Notes under the pieces: generated by a model
What the model was told of the DNA's origin: nothing
The model's database searches: none
The model's input: only the letters and a program-made list of their open reading frames with translations
Part shown: piece after piece, positions 42,401 through 50,701 of the stretch
How the letters are laid out: each line of letters opens with the position of its first letter
Numbering within the stretch: position 1 is the first letter of the stretch
Position numbers and translations under genes: made by a program
DNA from: Candidatus Poribacteria bacterium
GTDB taxonomy: Bacteria > Poribacteria > WGA-4E > WGA-3G
Direction: 5' to 3'
Assembly (NCBI GenBank): GCA_965205015.1
Contig: OZ242029.1
Coordinates: 3,360,001-3,424,000 of the forward strand
Length of the DNA: 64,000 bases

Positions 42401-45400
42401 CTGAGCGTATCTGTGACTTTAATATCAAGGGTTTCTCGAATGTCGTGTACAACGGGTGTATCAATCCAAAACCGAGTTCCACCGATAGCAGCGCGAGTCT
42501 CATCATAAGCGAAGACCCGCGCGACGCCGCCACCCGGTAGGGCACTATTTGGCACCTCAAGACGAATCGCACCATATTCCCCCTTCCAGACTCTGCCGCC
42601 CGTACGCTGCACGAGGTCATTATTAATATTATCGTCAAAATGATTCGCGAAAGTTGCGAAAGCGGAGAGCGATTCCGTACTAAAATCGGATGCGATCGTG
42701 AAACTCCCATCGCTTGGCACGGCAATCTTTGGACCTTCAATTGTTCCTACCTCGTTCGCCTTGATGACAATTTCATGGGTCTTGTTAAGAGCGATACGTT
42801 CCAATTCGACCTTTATGTCAAGTTCGGGACGCGCAAGGTGAGACGCGGGGTCTCCGAAAAGTGTATATTGCTCTGCCCCGGGGATCCACTGCGTATTCCG
42901 AATGCGACTGACAAAACTAATTTTAGCATCTGCAACGATATATCCTATCGTTGCTGGAAGTTTATCATTACCGTTAATAACGAGTTTAGGTTCGCGACCG
43001 ACCCCTAAAAGGGATTCAAAAAGGTCTTTGTCGAACTCGGCATTTGCTGTGCCGTAGGTTAACCGTGTCGCCGAGAGTGCCGCAATCGCACCATATTTTC
43101 CCAGCAGAAATTGCTCGCTAAGGCAGAAGTTTCCGACTTGTTGGGGTTTGTCAAACTGTCCATTAAGACAGGTCGTTGTAATAACAAAGGGAAGGTATCG
43201 GTTCCGTAAGGTGACAACATCGTCACTATGAAAAATAGCCTCATCTGCCCACGTCTGTATGCCTCCATGTCCAGTATATTCAATAGCAAGTGCGCCTCTA
43301 TTGATAGCAGCACGAATTTGAGCGCGTGTACGATCCGGACTTTTAATTTTTCGGAGATAGATTTGGCGAGTGTCATATCCGACGGGAATAATTTCCTGTA
43401 TCAGTTCATTACGCGATGCCTCAAAGACTCCATCGGATGGATTGTCTGTGTGGTCATCTGACACCTGAATCAATGTCCCTTGCCACAGACCCGTTTTAAG
43501 ATTCGTCTCATAGTTGATGATCTTTTCAACCATAGTTGTGAGCTCTTCAGGGGTCTGAACAGAGAGTCTCCCTATAAGCATGTCGGGGAGTGCATCCTCA
43601 CCGCTGATGTTAACAAAGCGCTGATCCATAGCGGTCTCCCCACTTGCGGGTGCCCATCCATGGTACGTAGGCACAAAGATCGGATAGAGGTTATAGATGC
43701 CACGGAAATTCGGATCACGGCGATAACGCTCAACGATGGTGTGTTTGTAATCATAGTGTGCATCGCCAACGAGGACGACATAAGTGGGCGCCGGCTGTTG
43801 CCAGCTATTATAGGCATATCGGAGGAACCGCCGGATCGCAAAGGGGTTAAAAAGACCATCGCTGAATTCATCGTAGATGTCGTTAATATCAACGACTATC
43901 GTCGTCAAGCCTTGAGAACGCCGAAATTCGACGAGGGGTTGAATGCTTTCGGTGAAATCCGGATGTGTTATGACCACATAGTCTGCTTGGTTGGAAGGGT
44001 TGCGTAGCGACGTTGGTGGTGTCGGAACAAGCGCGTTGATGCTGCGATAGCCAGAACGACTGATAACGAAATAGCGTGTATGTTGGTTGACGGTATCCTC
44101 AAAGAGAATTTGATGACTGGTACCAACACGCGTGACCTGACCCCCCGTGAGTCTACTGGTAATACCGTTCTCATTAATTTCATACACATCAATTGTATCG
44201 TTAAAGATGTTTCGGACGTTGTAGTGGACTTTGCCGCGGTTGCGGGGTTCAGTATTCGTATTGAACTCAAGGCGGCCGGCTTCTGCCTGAAAACTTCGCC
44301 AATAATCAAATTCATACCAATCAAGATAGAAGTCGTAGGACCCAGCAGGGGTGTGATTCTTATCCAATGCCTCGATACGCATAATATTCACTTGGTTGTT
44401 ATGGACGCGGGCCCATGGAATACTGCGGGTTGCGATCTGGGACCCTTGGCGTTTCCACTCTTCAACCCTACCGAGTTGAAGTCCGTTGAAGGAAATTCGT
44501 GCTTGGTGAAGTGCGTTTCCTCTGCGGGAAGCCCCTTGAAATTTGAGACGCAAGGTAGCCAAGCGATTAATCGCAAGCCGCGAGACCGCCGAGGGTACTT
44601 CTATACGTAAATCCTTTCGACTTGTGTCAATATTCCCACCGCGAAAGGCAACCCAGAAGTAGTGATCGGCAAGTTCAGACTTAATCTCGGTGCCAGCCAG
44701 GACATCATGATGGACATTTTCTTCAGATCGAGCGCGTGCTAAAAAAGCGGTGGGTGATACCAAATTGGGTGTCAGCGGCGTGGCATCTCGTTCCTCAACA
44801 CGCGATCCCTCGATGCCGGCATTTGGCTCTCCTTGTAAGGCGAAACGAAGCCAGTAAACGTTTTCGTCGGTGAATTTGTTGTCAGCCAATGCGCGCCCAT
44901 AAAAGATCATCCGTTCGTTTGGGTCAAGAGTGTCGTTCCCATTTTCATCAAAAATATAGATCCCTTGTTTTTGCCCACTGCTGTCTAATCGAACGGTATC
45001 AAGGTCAATATCTTCTGGATCGATGCCTGTTGCTTTAATGTTATTGTACGTAATGCGATATAGATCTGTTCTGGTAATGGGAATTTTAAATCGGAGTGTG
45101 CTGGAAACCGTTAGGGTGGGTGCGCCGGGGGTGTGCCTTCCGTAAGGTAGTTGTCGCGACGCGGGTCTCCGCGTGTGGGAAACCTGCGGGACCATACGCC
45201 ACGATTTTGCTTGCTCATAATTTCGCAATGTTCCTTGGAATAGACTCTCGAAAGGGTTATCAGTAGTCGGTTTTAACCATCGACTCGTGCTTTGCTGTCT
45301 TGTATCAGAGTCGAGTCGATGGTTAAGGTTGTTCGTAAAGAGGTTTGCTGATGAACGGACACCCGCTTGCTGACTGCTATTAAAATCGATACGGAACATC

Positions 45401-46065
45401 ACAGATTTGAAAATTTTCAACTGTTTTGTTGCTGAGTTGTATTGTATCGGATTGATTTGCAAACTCGCAATACGCTGATCCCGCACAAAACCCACGGGGA
45501 TAGTCTCTACCAACCGTGTCGGATAAAAGCCTTGAGTCCGCGAAGTATTGGGGCGGGAGTTTTTGGTCATCAACTCGCTCTGATTAGATTTGTTTAAGGC
45601 ACGAGTTGATGGCCAAGTCAAAGAGGGAAAAATTGGATCGTCTGGCGTTATACGAATATTTTCAACGTTCCTTATCTCTGGACGTGCCTGAATGACGGTG
45701 ACAATTGGTGTGCCTACGATAGGAATACCGATGCGTTGTGTGTAGATAGGTAAACGGGGTTTCCCTACGTCAAGTGTCCAATCCGCACCCGCAAAATAGA
45801 TTTCGGAGGAATGGCTGTCGTCTGTTGGTCGTTGACTTTCAGGAAAGGGATTCTCTGGCTGACGGCTACCGGAAATCGATGGCTGACGGCTATTCCTTAC
45901 TTGAATTTCGGGTAGGGTGAAGCGGGCTGTGAGTGTGTCCGATGTAATTGCAAGAATCTGTAGCGGGTTTTTGCTTGAGGGGTTCCCTAATACTGGTGGT
46001 GTTTGTGCTACGGAAACCAAGTAAAATGCAAAAAATATGGCTAAACAAAATCGAATCTTTCTCAT
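39493..46065 (-). CDS. Large secreted peptidase C25 (gingipain/PorU-like) with propeptide and C-terminal FlgD-Ig/T9SS-like domain
   Basis: Signal peptide; ADYVVIT, IYDEFSDG, YVVLVGDA, IGRL, YTGHGG (His), TTTCLNGQFD (Cys), LFGDP; C-terminal NVPNP..IYSVNGRLLRTL..WDGRD..NGVYLY. Confidence 0.82.
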   Translation of the reverse strand: MRKIRFCLAIFFAFYLVSVAQTPPVLGNPSSKNPLQILAITSDTLTARFTLPEIQVRNSRQPSISGSRQPENPFPESQRPTDDSHSSEIYFAGADWTLDVGKPRLPIYTQRIGIPIVGTPIVTVIQARPEIRNVENIRITPDDPIFPSLTWPSTRALNKSNQSELMTKNSRPNTSRTQGFYPTRLVETIPVGFVRDQRIASLQINPIQYNSATKQLKIFKSVMFRIDFNSSQQAGVRSSANLFTNNLNHRLDSDTRQQSTSRWLKPTTDNPFESLFQGTLRNYEQAKSWRMVPQVSHTRRPASRQLPYGRHTPGAPTLTVSSTLRFKIPITRTDLYRITYNNIKATGIDPEDIDLDTVRLDSSGQKQGIYIFDENGNDTLDPNERMIFYGRALADNKFTDENVYWLRFALQGEPNAGIEGSRVEERDATPLTPNLVSPTAFLARARSEENVHHDVLAGTEIKSELADHYFWVAFRGGNIDTSRKDLRIEVPSAVSRLAINRLATLRLKFQGASRRGNALHQARISFNGLQLGRVEEWKRQGSQIATRSIPWARVHNNQVNIMRIEALDKNHTPAGSYDFYLDWYEFDYWRSFQAEAGRLEFNTNTEPRNRGKVHYNVRNIFNDTIDVYEINENGITSRLTGGQVTRVGTSHQILFEDTVNQHTRYFVISRSGYRSINALVPTPPTSLRNPSNQADYVVITHPDFTESIQPLVEFRRSQGLTTIVVDINDIYDEFSDGLFNPFAIRRFLRYAYNSWQQPAPTYVVLVGDAHYDYKHTIVERYRRDPNFRGIYNLYPIFVPTYHGWAPASGETAMDQRFVNISGEDALPDMLIGRLSVQTPEELTTMVEKIINYETNLKTGLWQGTLIQVSDDHTDNPSDGVFEASRNELIQEIIPVGYDTRQIYLRKIKSPDRTRAQIRAAINRGALAIEYTGHGGIQTWADEAIFHSDDVVTLRNRYLPFVITTTCLNGQFDKPQQVGNFCLSEQFLLGKYGAIAALSATRLTYGTANAEFDKDLFESLLGVGREPKLVINGNDKLPATIGYIVADAKISFVSRIRNTQWIPGAEQYTLFGDPASHLARPELDIKVELERIALNKTHEIVIKANEVGTIEGPKIAVPSDGSFTIASDFSTESLSAFATFANHFDDNINNDLVQRTGGRVWKGEYGAIRLEVPNSALPGGGVARVFAYDETRAAIGGTRFWIDTPVVHDIRETLDIKVTDTLSLSVLVVDDKGPGGIRSIRVLWDDTATFKDEIISMVPARAPLGDVPLGGQWYELEKTIPLPPGGRQIRYRLLITDSTGHEIAIPSKIERNIVRVPEGPNIAIGTDEADRPPIRYAFDEEKNGYQLVGEIVNIGGRPVRADIEVVFAEGNPDKEGDSIIDEDADIIGRVTIKPADWAEGIHALQRVTATLDLDKPLETGVHKIYVFADPEDPTIEDQIYGNIQEARQFDNKKHISFIINEFNYKPQEELTAFSLDRVFDIHFPASALDTEPENKAGIPLSVSSQSPPAPSQPDLQFAPIPRVAALRRGLIRQGTAVAQYYEPAFRTGIKALKKPAEVKLRFDVSALEDTVREETLLQPNNPAFKTELEALTKELAIYAWQADFSAWRRLSSQINYTAEGDFLLENYVTPTQMENASEQELEASAISINPNLTPAGTWILLFLDSNEYEVFLKRKGHALIQKLDKPGQLDNPFREEGFGLELRIPRKESTPLGVNHTFEFADILAFTTDYDPGGDVVLTHTWNANLGNGNATVNSRPGPKGEFEIGDWFIFFTDSVRFELRDASAEPVHHPNGVKVRGKVNEPLYLSHLGLDIIVTASSEKFNFGDKVKFSSARTGTITAEVNELTQFALMRSTDTELPAFSIWVDGIQPQTGSVIPPRPNISIVLQDANGIDTEFLTITKQKDGGPPELITDYELRTQGGFQTVPIDYQPILFPGEHTFNITAQDFNGNTIGGDEGVVTYRFFVTEAPDLTPPTIDIRVTALRPSSTSEPLDEPLIDGTVLTEQSRFKITLTDDSALDETAFHLNFGNVYETLAPLDASHYAETFDPAVPANAAITYAPDLPNGEYQLHITAADTSENTAELVTTFTLNEEVTLSEVFNVPNPTADGKTFFTYHLAQAPDTVTIKIYSVNGRLLRTLVDASANRGANETRWDGRDEIGMRCANGVYLYRVIAQTGDGNRIEQIGKLAILR

Positions 46066-46311
46066 TTTTCTTATTATTGGGTTTTCGCGCTGCCTTCCGC
46101 TGCAAATATGCTCCCTCACAAACGCTAAAAATCCAATGCGAAGAAGGCTAAATCGGTGCTGCGCTTTTTTTGTTATGCGTTTCAGGCAGGTTCGCAGTGT
46201 GGCTGCAACTTGTCCAGGAAGTCTCCATAAACGAACAATCTTCTTTTTAGTTATCAGTTTTCAGTAAAAACTTTAAAAAAAATATAGTACCCTCCCGCAT
46301 ATTACTGATGG

Positions 46312-47421
46312 CTAACCATTATTTTGCGCGAGTCGTGCCGCACACCTGAGTGCTCCGACCAAACTCATTTCGTTAGCGATACCTTTGCCCGCTATGTCGA
46401 ACGCCGTACCGTGGTCTACACTCGTCCGGACTATCGGTAAACCTAAAGTGACATTCACAAGTTCACCAAATCCAAGGAGTTTTATCGGAATATTGCCCTG
46501 ATCGTGATACATAACGATAACGGCGTGCCATTCGCCTTGACTTGCCTTGACAAAAAGTGCGTCGGCGGGAAGTGGTCCGTCAATTGTACCCAAGTGTGTT
46601 TGTGCCTGCGCGATGGCTGGACGGATAAGGAACTCTTCCTCTTTTCCGAACACACCGTCTTCACCAGCGTGAGGGTTTAACCCCGCAACGGCAAGTCTCG
46701 GTTCGGAGATACCACAACGGATCAGTGTCTGTCGAGTGATCCGAATAACCTCAACAATTCTTTCAACAGAGAGATGTTTCGGCACATCAGCTAATGGAAC
46801 GTGATTCGTAACGAAAGAAACCGCTGGAATGAATGGGTTTTCGGTTGTCGGTTGTTGATTTTCAGTGAAGGGGTTTTCGTTTAACGAACCTCTCTTGTCG
46901 CTGATAACCGATGACTGATAACCAATATCAGGGGTACAGAGCATCATTACTACGTGCGGCGTGCTCGTAAAGGCGGCAAGCATTTCGGTATGTCCTGGAT
47001 AGGAAATTCCTGCGCGGTGTATAGCGGCTTTGCAGATCGGAGCAGTAGTGAGGGCATCCAGTTCACCATGCATTGTAAGATGCGTTCCTCTTTCAATGGC
47101 TTTCACGGCAGCGGCGCCCGCGCGCGCATCTATAGTACCGACGGAAATATCCTGAGGGGATATTGAAGACACATCAAGGACATCAATCGTCCCGTGTTTG
47201 GCAAATGCCAGCATTGGGGATTTGATTATATTGAGGTTCAGGGGTGGTTTGTTGGGAGGTGTGAAGCGGGAACACGCGTCCTCAAGGATAGCGGAACTAC
47301 CAATAACGATCGGTTGGCATAACGAATATACACTTTTATGGGTAAGTGCCTTGACAACGATTTCGGGACCAATGCCAGCTGCATCCCCCATTGTGAGTCC
47401 GACCTTCGGTTTTTTAATCAT
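46312..47421 (-). CDS. pdxA: 4-hydroxythreonine-4-phosphate dehydrogenase with in-frame repeat insertion
   Basis: MGDAAGIGPE, GHTEML, GLNPHAGE, MYHDQG, RTSVDHGTA. Confidence 0.93.
   Translation of the reverse strand: MIKKPKVGLTMGDAAGIGPEIVVKALTHKSVYSLCQPIVIGSSAILEDACSRFTPPNKPPLNLNIIKSPMLAFAKHGTIDVLDVSSISPQDISVGTIDARAGAAAVKAIERGTHLTMHGELDALTTAPICKAAIHRAGISYPGHTEMLAAFTSTPHVVMMLCTPDIGYQSSVISDKRGSLNENPFTENQQPTTENPFIPAVSFVTNHVPLADVPKHLSVERIVEVIRITRQTLIRCGISEPRLAVAGLNPHAGEDGVFGKEEEFLIRPAIAQAQTHLGTIDGPLPADALFVKASQGEWHAVIVMYHDQGNIPIKLLGFGELVNVTLGLPIVRTSVDHGTAFDIAGKGIANEMSLVGALRCAARLAQNNG
46831..46930 (-). repeat. Heptamer palindromic element inserted in frame in pdxA
   Basis: TTATCAGcgACAAGAGAGgTTcGTTAAACGAAAAcCcCTTCAC matches intergenic copy 47971-48034. 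Confidence 0.85.
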
Positions 47422-47649
47422 GGTCCCTTGGACGCAGTTCCACTTAGTTCCACTGCGATTCTTGACGTGCTGAATATAAATTCTGCGATCGTACGATGCC
47501 CAATATTCGTTGAAATCTACTTACAACCATCGCGAAATGTAGTGGAGCGATGTTCAAACTTCTATCGTTAGAAGTCCTCTGGGCGAGTCATGGCAATTTT
47601 CCCTCTTACCCGAGGCTAATGTCCCTCACGCAGGAGAGAGTCTACGAGT

Positions 47650-47955
47650 TTAATTTTGACCGCCAACGCGTCTTCTACAGTTTTTCAGAGGCACGCGTTG
47701 ACGATCAAAATAAAGCGTTGCGGCACGGGCACGCGAGACGTTTCCAGAGGGCAATTCAAGCACCTCGTATTCGGGCGCGGGAGCATCCTCATCACCTGAT
47801 GGATGAGGTAAGCGGATCACATCCCCAATAGCGAGCATTTTTCCAGCTTTCGCCGTGTGTCCGTTGACGCTGACTGCCCCTCTGCTACAGAGCGTATTGG
47901 CGATTGTGCGCCGTTTCACGAGACGACTGACCTGCAAGAATTTATCTAATCGCAT
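47650..47955 (-). CDS. S4-domain RNA-binding protein (YabO/Hsp15-like)
   Basis: MRLDKFLQVSRLVKRRTIA...VNGHTAKAG. Confidence 0.85.
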   Translation of the reverse strand: MRLDKFLQVSRLVKRRTIANTLCSRGAVSVNGHTAKAGKMLAIGDVIRLPHPSGDEDAPAPEYEVLELPSGNVSRARAATLYFDRQRVPLKNCRRRVGGQN

Positions 47956-47970
47956 TTTTTCAGAGGTATT

Positions 47971-48034
47971 GATTATCAGTTACAAGAGAGTTTTGTTAAA
48001 CGAAAATCTCTTCACCGATAACTGACAACCCTTC
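47971..48034. repeat. Heptamer palindromic element (intergenic)
   Basis: ttatcagttacaagagagttttgttaaacgaaaatctcttcaccgataactgacaac. Confidence 0.8.
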
Positions 48035-50482
48035 TTACACTGGCGGTTGGGAAGCGACTGGCACTTCTACAGGGACTTCGGGTTCCACGATAGGATCTGT
48101 GAGTGCTTGTTCCAGTACCTGTGTCATATCGCTGACTTTGTGGAAACGGATACCTTCGCGAATTTCGGTCGGGATGTCGGCCTCATCTTTCTCGTTCTCC
48201 TCAGGAATAATGATGTCGAAGATACCGTTCCGATAGGCAGCGAGTGCCTTTTCCTTCAAGCCACCGATCGGCAGGACTCTCCCGCGGAGCGTAATTTCCC
48301 CGGTCATAGCAACATCTTTGCGAACAGACTTCCCAGTTAGGGTAGAGAGAATCGCCGTGGCGACGGTGATTCCAGCAGAAGGACCGTCCTTGGGCACCGC
48401 GCCTTCCGGAATGTGGATATGGATGTCTTGCTGTTCAAACCGATTGTCAGAGAGGCCAAAAGATTCTGATCGAGAGCGAATGTAGGCGACAGCAGTCTGA
48501 ACAGACTCACGCATCACTTCCTGAAGTTGACCTGTCATGTTGAGTTTGCCTTCCCCCTGCATTGTGGTTGCTTCAACAGAAACAATATCACCGCCGATTT
48601 GGGTCCATACCATACCTGTAGCAACACCGACTTCATCGCGTTCTTCAGCTTTCGTGCGCGTCCATTTCGCGGGTCCGAGATAGTCGCTTAAGTTCGTGGG
48701 GGTCACTTCAACCTTCAGATCTGGTGTCTCTTCGGTGACAATTTCCCTTGCGATCTTTCGCATGACGGTCGTGATTGTGCGTTCAAGATTTCGGACGCCA
48801 GCCTCACGTGTGTACTTGTGAATCATCTCAAAGATGGCTTCGTTTGTAAAAGCGACATTGCCCGCTGAAAGTCCATGGCGTTCGAGTTGCTTCGGGATAA
48901 GGCCATTCGGTGTAAAGGTCGCGATGTTATGCTTCTCAAAATCAGTATAACCCGGCAACTCAATGATTTCCATCCGGTCTTGGAGGGCGGGTGGTATCGT
49001 AACGCGGGTGTTGGCAGTCGTGATGAACATAACATCCGAGAGGTCGAATGCAATATCCATGTAATGATCTCGGAAGGTGGAATTCTGTTCCGGATCCAGC
49101 ACTTCCAGGAGAGCGGACGCAGGATCGCCCCGGAAATCCGAACTGAGTTTATCAATTTCATCAAGCAAGAACAGTGGATTTTTCGATTTGACGTCTCGAA
49201 GTCCTTGAATGATACGTCCCGGGATTGCACCGATATAGGTGCGTCTGTGCCCCCGAATCTCAGCTTCGTCTCGGACGCCACCGAGGGACATTCTGACAAA
49301 CTTTCTACCTGTGGCCCGGGCAATTGATTTGCCGAGCGAGGTTTTTCCAACCCCTGGAGGACCAACAAGACAGATAATAGGACCTTTGAGATGTTTGACG
49401 AGTTGTAAAACAGCGAGGTGTTCCAACACGTTTTCTTTCGGTTTCTCTAACCCGTAGTGGTCCTCGTCAAGTATCCGCTGTGCTTCGGGGAGTTCAAGTT
49501 GATGCTCCGTTTGCTCTTGCCAGGGTAGCGCCAGTATCCAATCGACGTAGGTGCGGATAACACCAGATTCGGCAGACTGCGGGGGTATCTGTGCCAGCCG
49601 ATCGAGTTCTTTGAGTGCCTTTTCTTCGGCTTCTTCAGACATTCCGGCGGTTTTCACCTGTTCTCGCAGCTCATCCACTTCAGCGATGTCATCTCTCCCT
49701 AACTCTTTCTGGATAACCTTCATCTGTTCCTGAAGGTAGAACTCGCGATGCGTCTTCTGGACAGATTCGCGAACCTGATTATGAATGTCATCCCGGAGTT
49801 CATTCCGTTCCAGTGCCTGATTCAAAAACTGAATGATGAGTTGTAGACGCCGAATGGGATTCAGTTCCTCCATGACAGTCTGGCGTTCCGATGGAGTGAG
49901 ATTGAGAATTCCAGCGATAGTATCAGCGAGATGTCCAGGTTCTTCTTGCTCTTTAATGGAGCGTTTGACTTCATCAGAGCTTAAACCTTGCGGTTGTGAA
50001 CCCCTGCCTTGTTCCTGTTGACGCGTCTTTGCATACTCATTGAAAAGTTTTCTGGCTTCCTTCATGAGAGACTCGGAGGTACTCGCTAACCCTATCTCCT
50101 CATGAGCGATTTGCACGTCTGCGCTCAAAAAATCATCAGTTTCTGTAAAACGGAGGACTATTGCGCGATGTTCTGAGGCAATAGCGATCCGGATGGTGCC
50201 GTCACCAGGTTCATAAGACTCAATGATATTTGCGACAGCCCCAACGACATGGAGGTGCTCCGGAGCCACCTCCTCTCCTTCTTCCAGTTCTATTTTTTGG
50301 TATAGGAGGAGTATACGCCTATTTGAGCGAAGTGCGGCATGGGTAGCTTGGACTCCCTTTTGGCGGGCAACATTTAAAAGAGATCTTGTCCTCGGAAAAA
50401 TCAAAATCGCATCGAAATCCGGGGGCAAATAGATAACGGGTAAACTTACCGTTTCGTATTCTTTCGTTGCTGTCGAGTTCAT
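48035..50482 (-). CDS. lon: ATP-dependent protease La
   Basis: GPPGVGKT, DEIDK, KDGPSAG, IGGLKEK. Confidence 0.96.
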   Translation of the reverse strand: MNSTATKEYETVSLPVIYLPPDFDAILIFPRTRSLLNVARQKGVQATHAALRSNRRILLLYQKIELEEGEEVAPEHLHVVGAVANIIESYEPGDGTIRIAIASEHRAIVLRFTETDDFLSADVQIAHEEIGLASTSESLMKEARKLFNEYAKTRQQEQGRGSQPQGLSSDEVKRSIKEQEEPGHLADTIAGILNLTPSERQTVMEELNPIRRLQLIIQFLNQALERNELRDDIHNQVRESVQKTHREFYLQEQMKVIQKELGRDDIAEVDELREQVKTAGMSEEAEEKALKELDRLAQIPPQSAESGVIRTYVDWILALPWQEQTEHQLELPEAQRILDEDHYGLEKPKENVLEHLAVLQLVKHLKGPIICLVGPPGVGKTSLGKSIARATGRKFVRMSLGGVRDEAEIRGHRRTYIGAIPGRIIQGLRDVKSKNPLFLLDEIDKLSSDFRGDPASALLEVLDPEQNSTFRDHYMDIAFDLSDVMFITTANTRVTIPPALQDRMEIIELPGYTDFEKHNIATFTPNGLIPKQLERHGLSAGNVAFTNEAIFEMIHKYTREAGVRNLERTITTVMRKIAREIVTEETPDLKVEVTPTNLSDYLGPAKWTRTKAEERDEVGVATGMVWTQIGGDIVSVEATTMQGEGKLNMTGQLQEVMRESVQTAVAYIRSRSESFGLSDNRFEQQDIHIHIPEGAVPKDGPSAGITVATAILSTLTGKSVRKDVAMTGEITLRGRVLPIGGLKEKALAAYRNGIFDIIIPEENEKDEADIPTEIREGIRFHKVSDMTQVLEQALTDPIVEPEVPVEVPVASQPPV

Positions 50483-50499
50483 ATCTTTTTCCTTCAAGT

Positions 50500-50694
50500 G
50501 GCTATCAGCAGAATAGCCATCAGCCGTCAGAGCGGATTTTTTTTCAAGAAATCCTTTCGGTCTCCGTCGGTAGAAGAGATGATCGTTTAAGAACGCCTCT
50601 TTGCTGATTGCGACGCAGGTCTCCGCGTGTGGGTTTGCGGTTAACCCTTAACTCGCCTCCGATACAATATTCAAAGGCACGAGTTGACGGTTAA
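50500..50694. repeat. Composite intergenic repeats: heptamer element, 24-bp motif (50610-50633) and TTAACC..ACTCG/CGAGT..GGTTAA hairpin (50641-50694)
   Basis: Each component recurs inside the C25 gene (45156-45179, 45273-45326, 45563-45616). Confidence 0.7.
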
Positions 50695-50701
50695 AATGCT
50701 A

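Noticed and set aside
49975-50020. AACCGCAAGG inside lon as another in-frame element
   Set aside because: Only 10 bp match, without the hairpin or A-rich tail; may be chance
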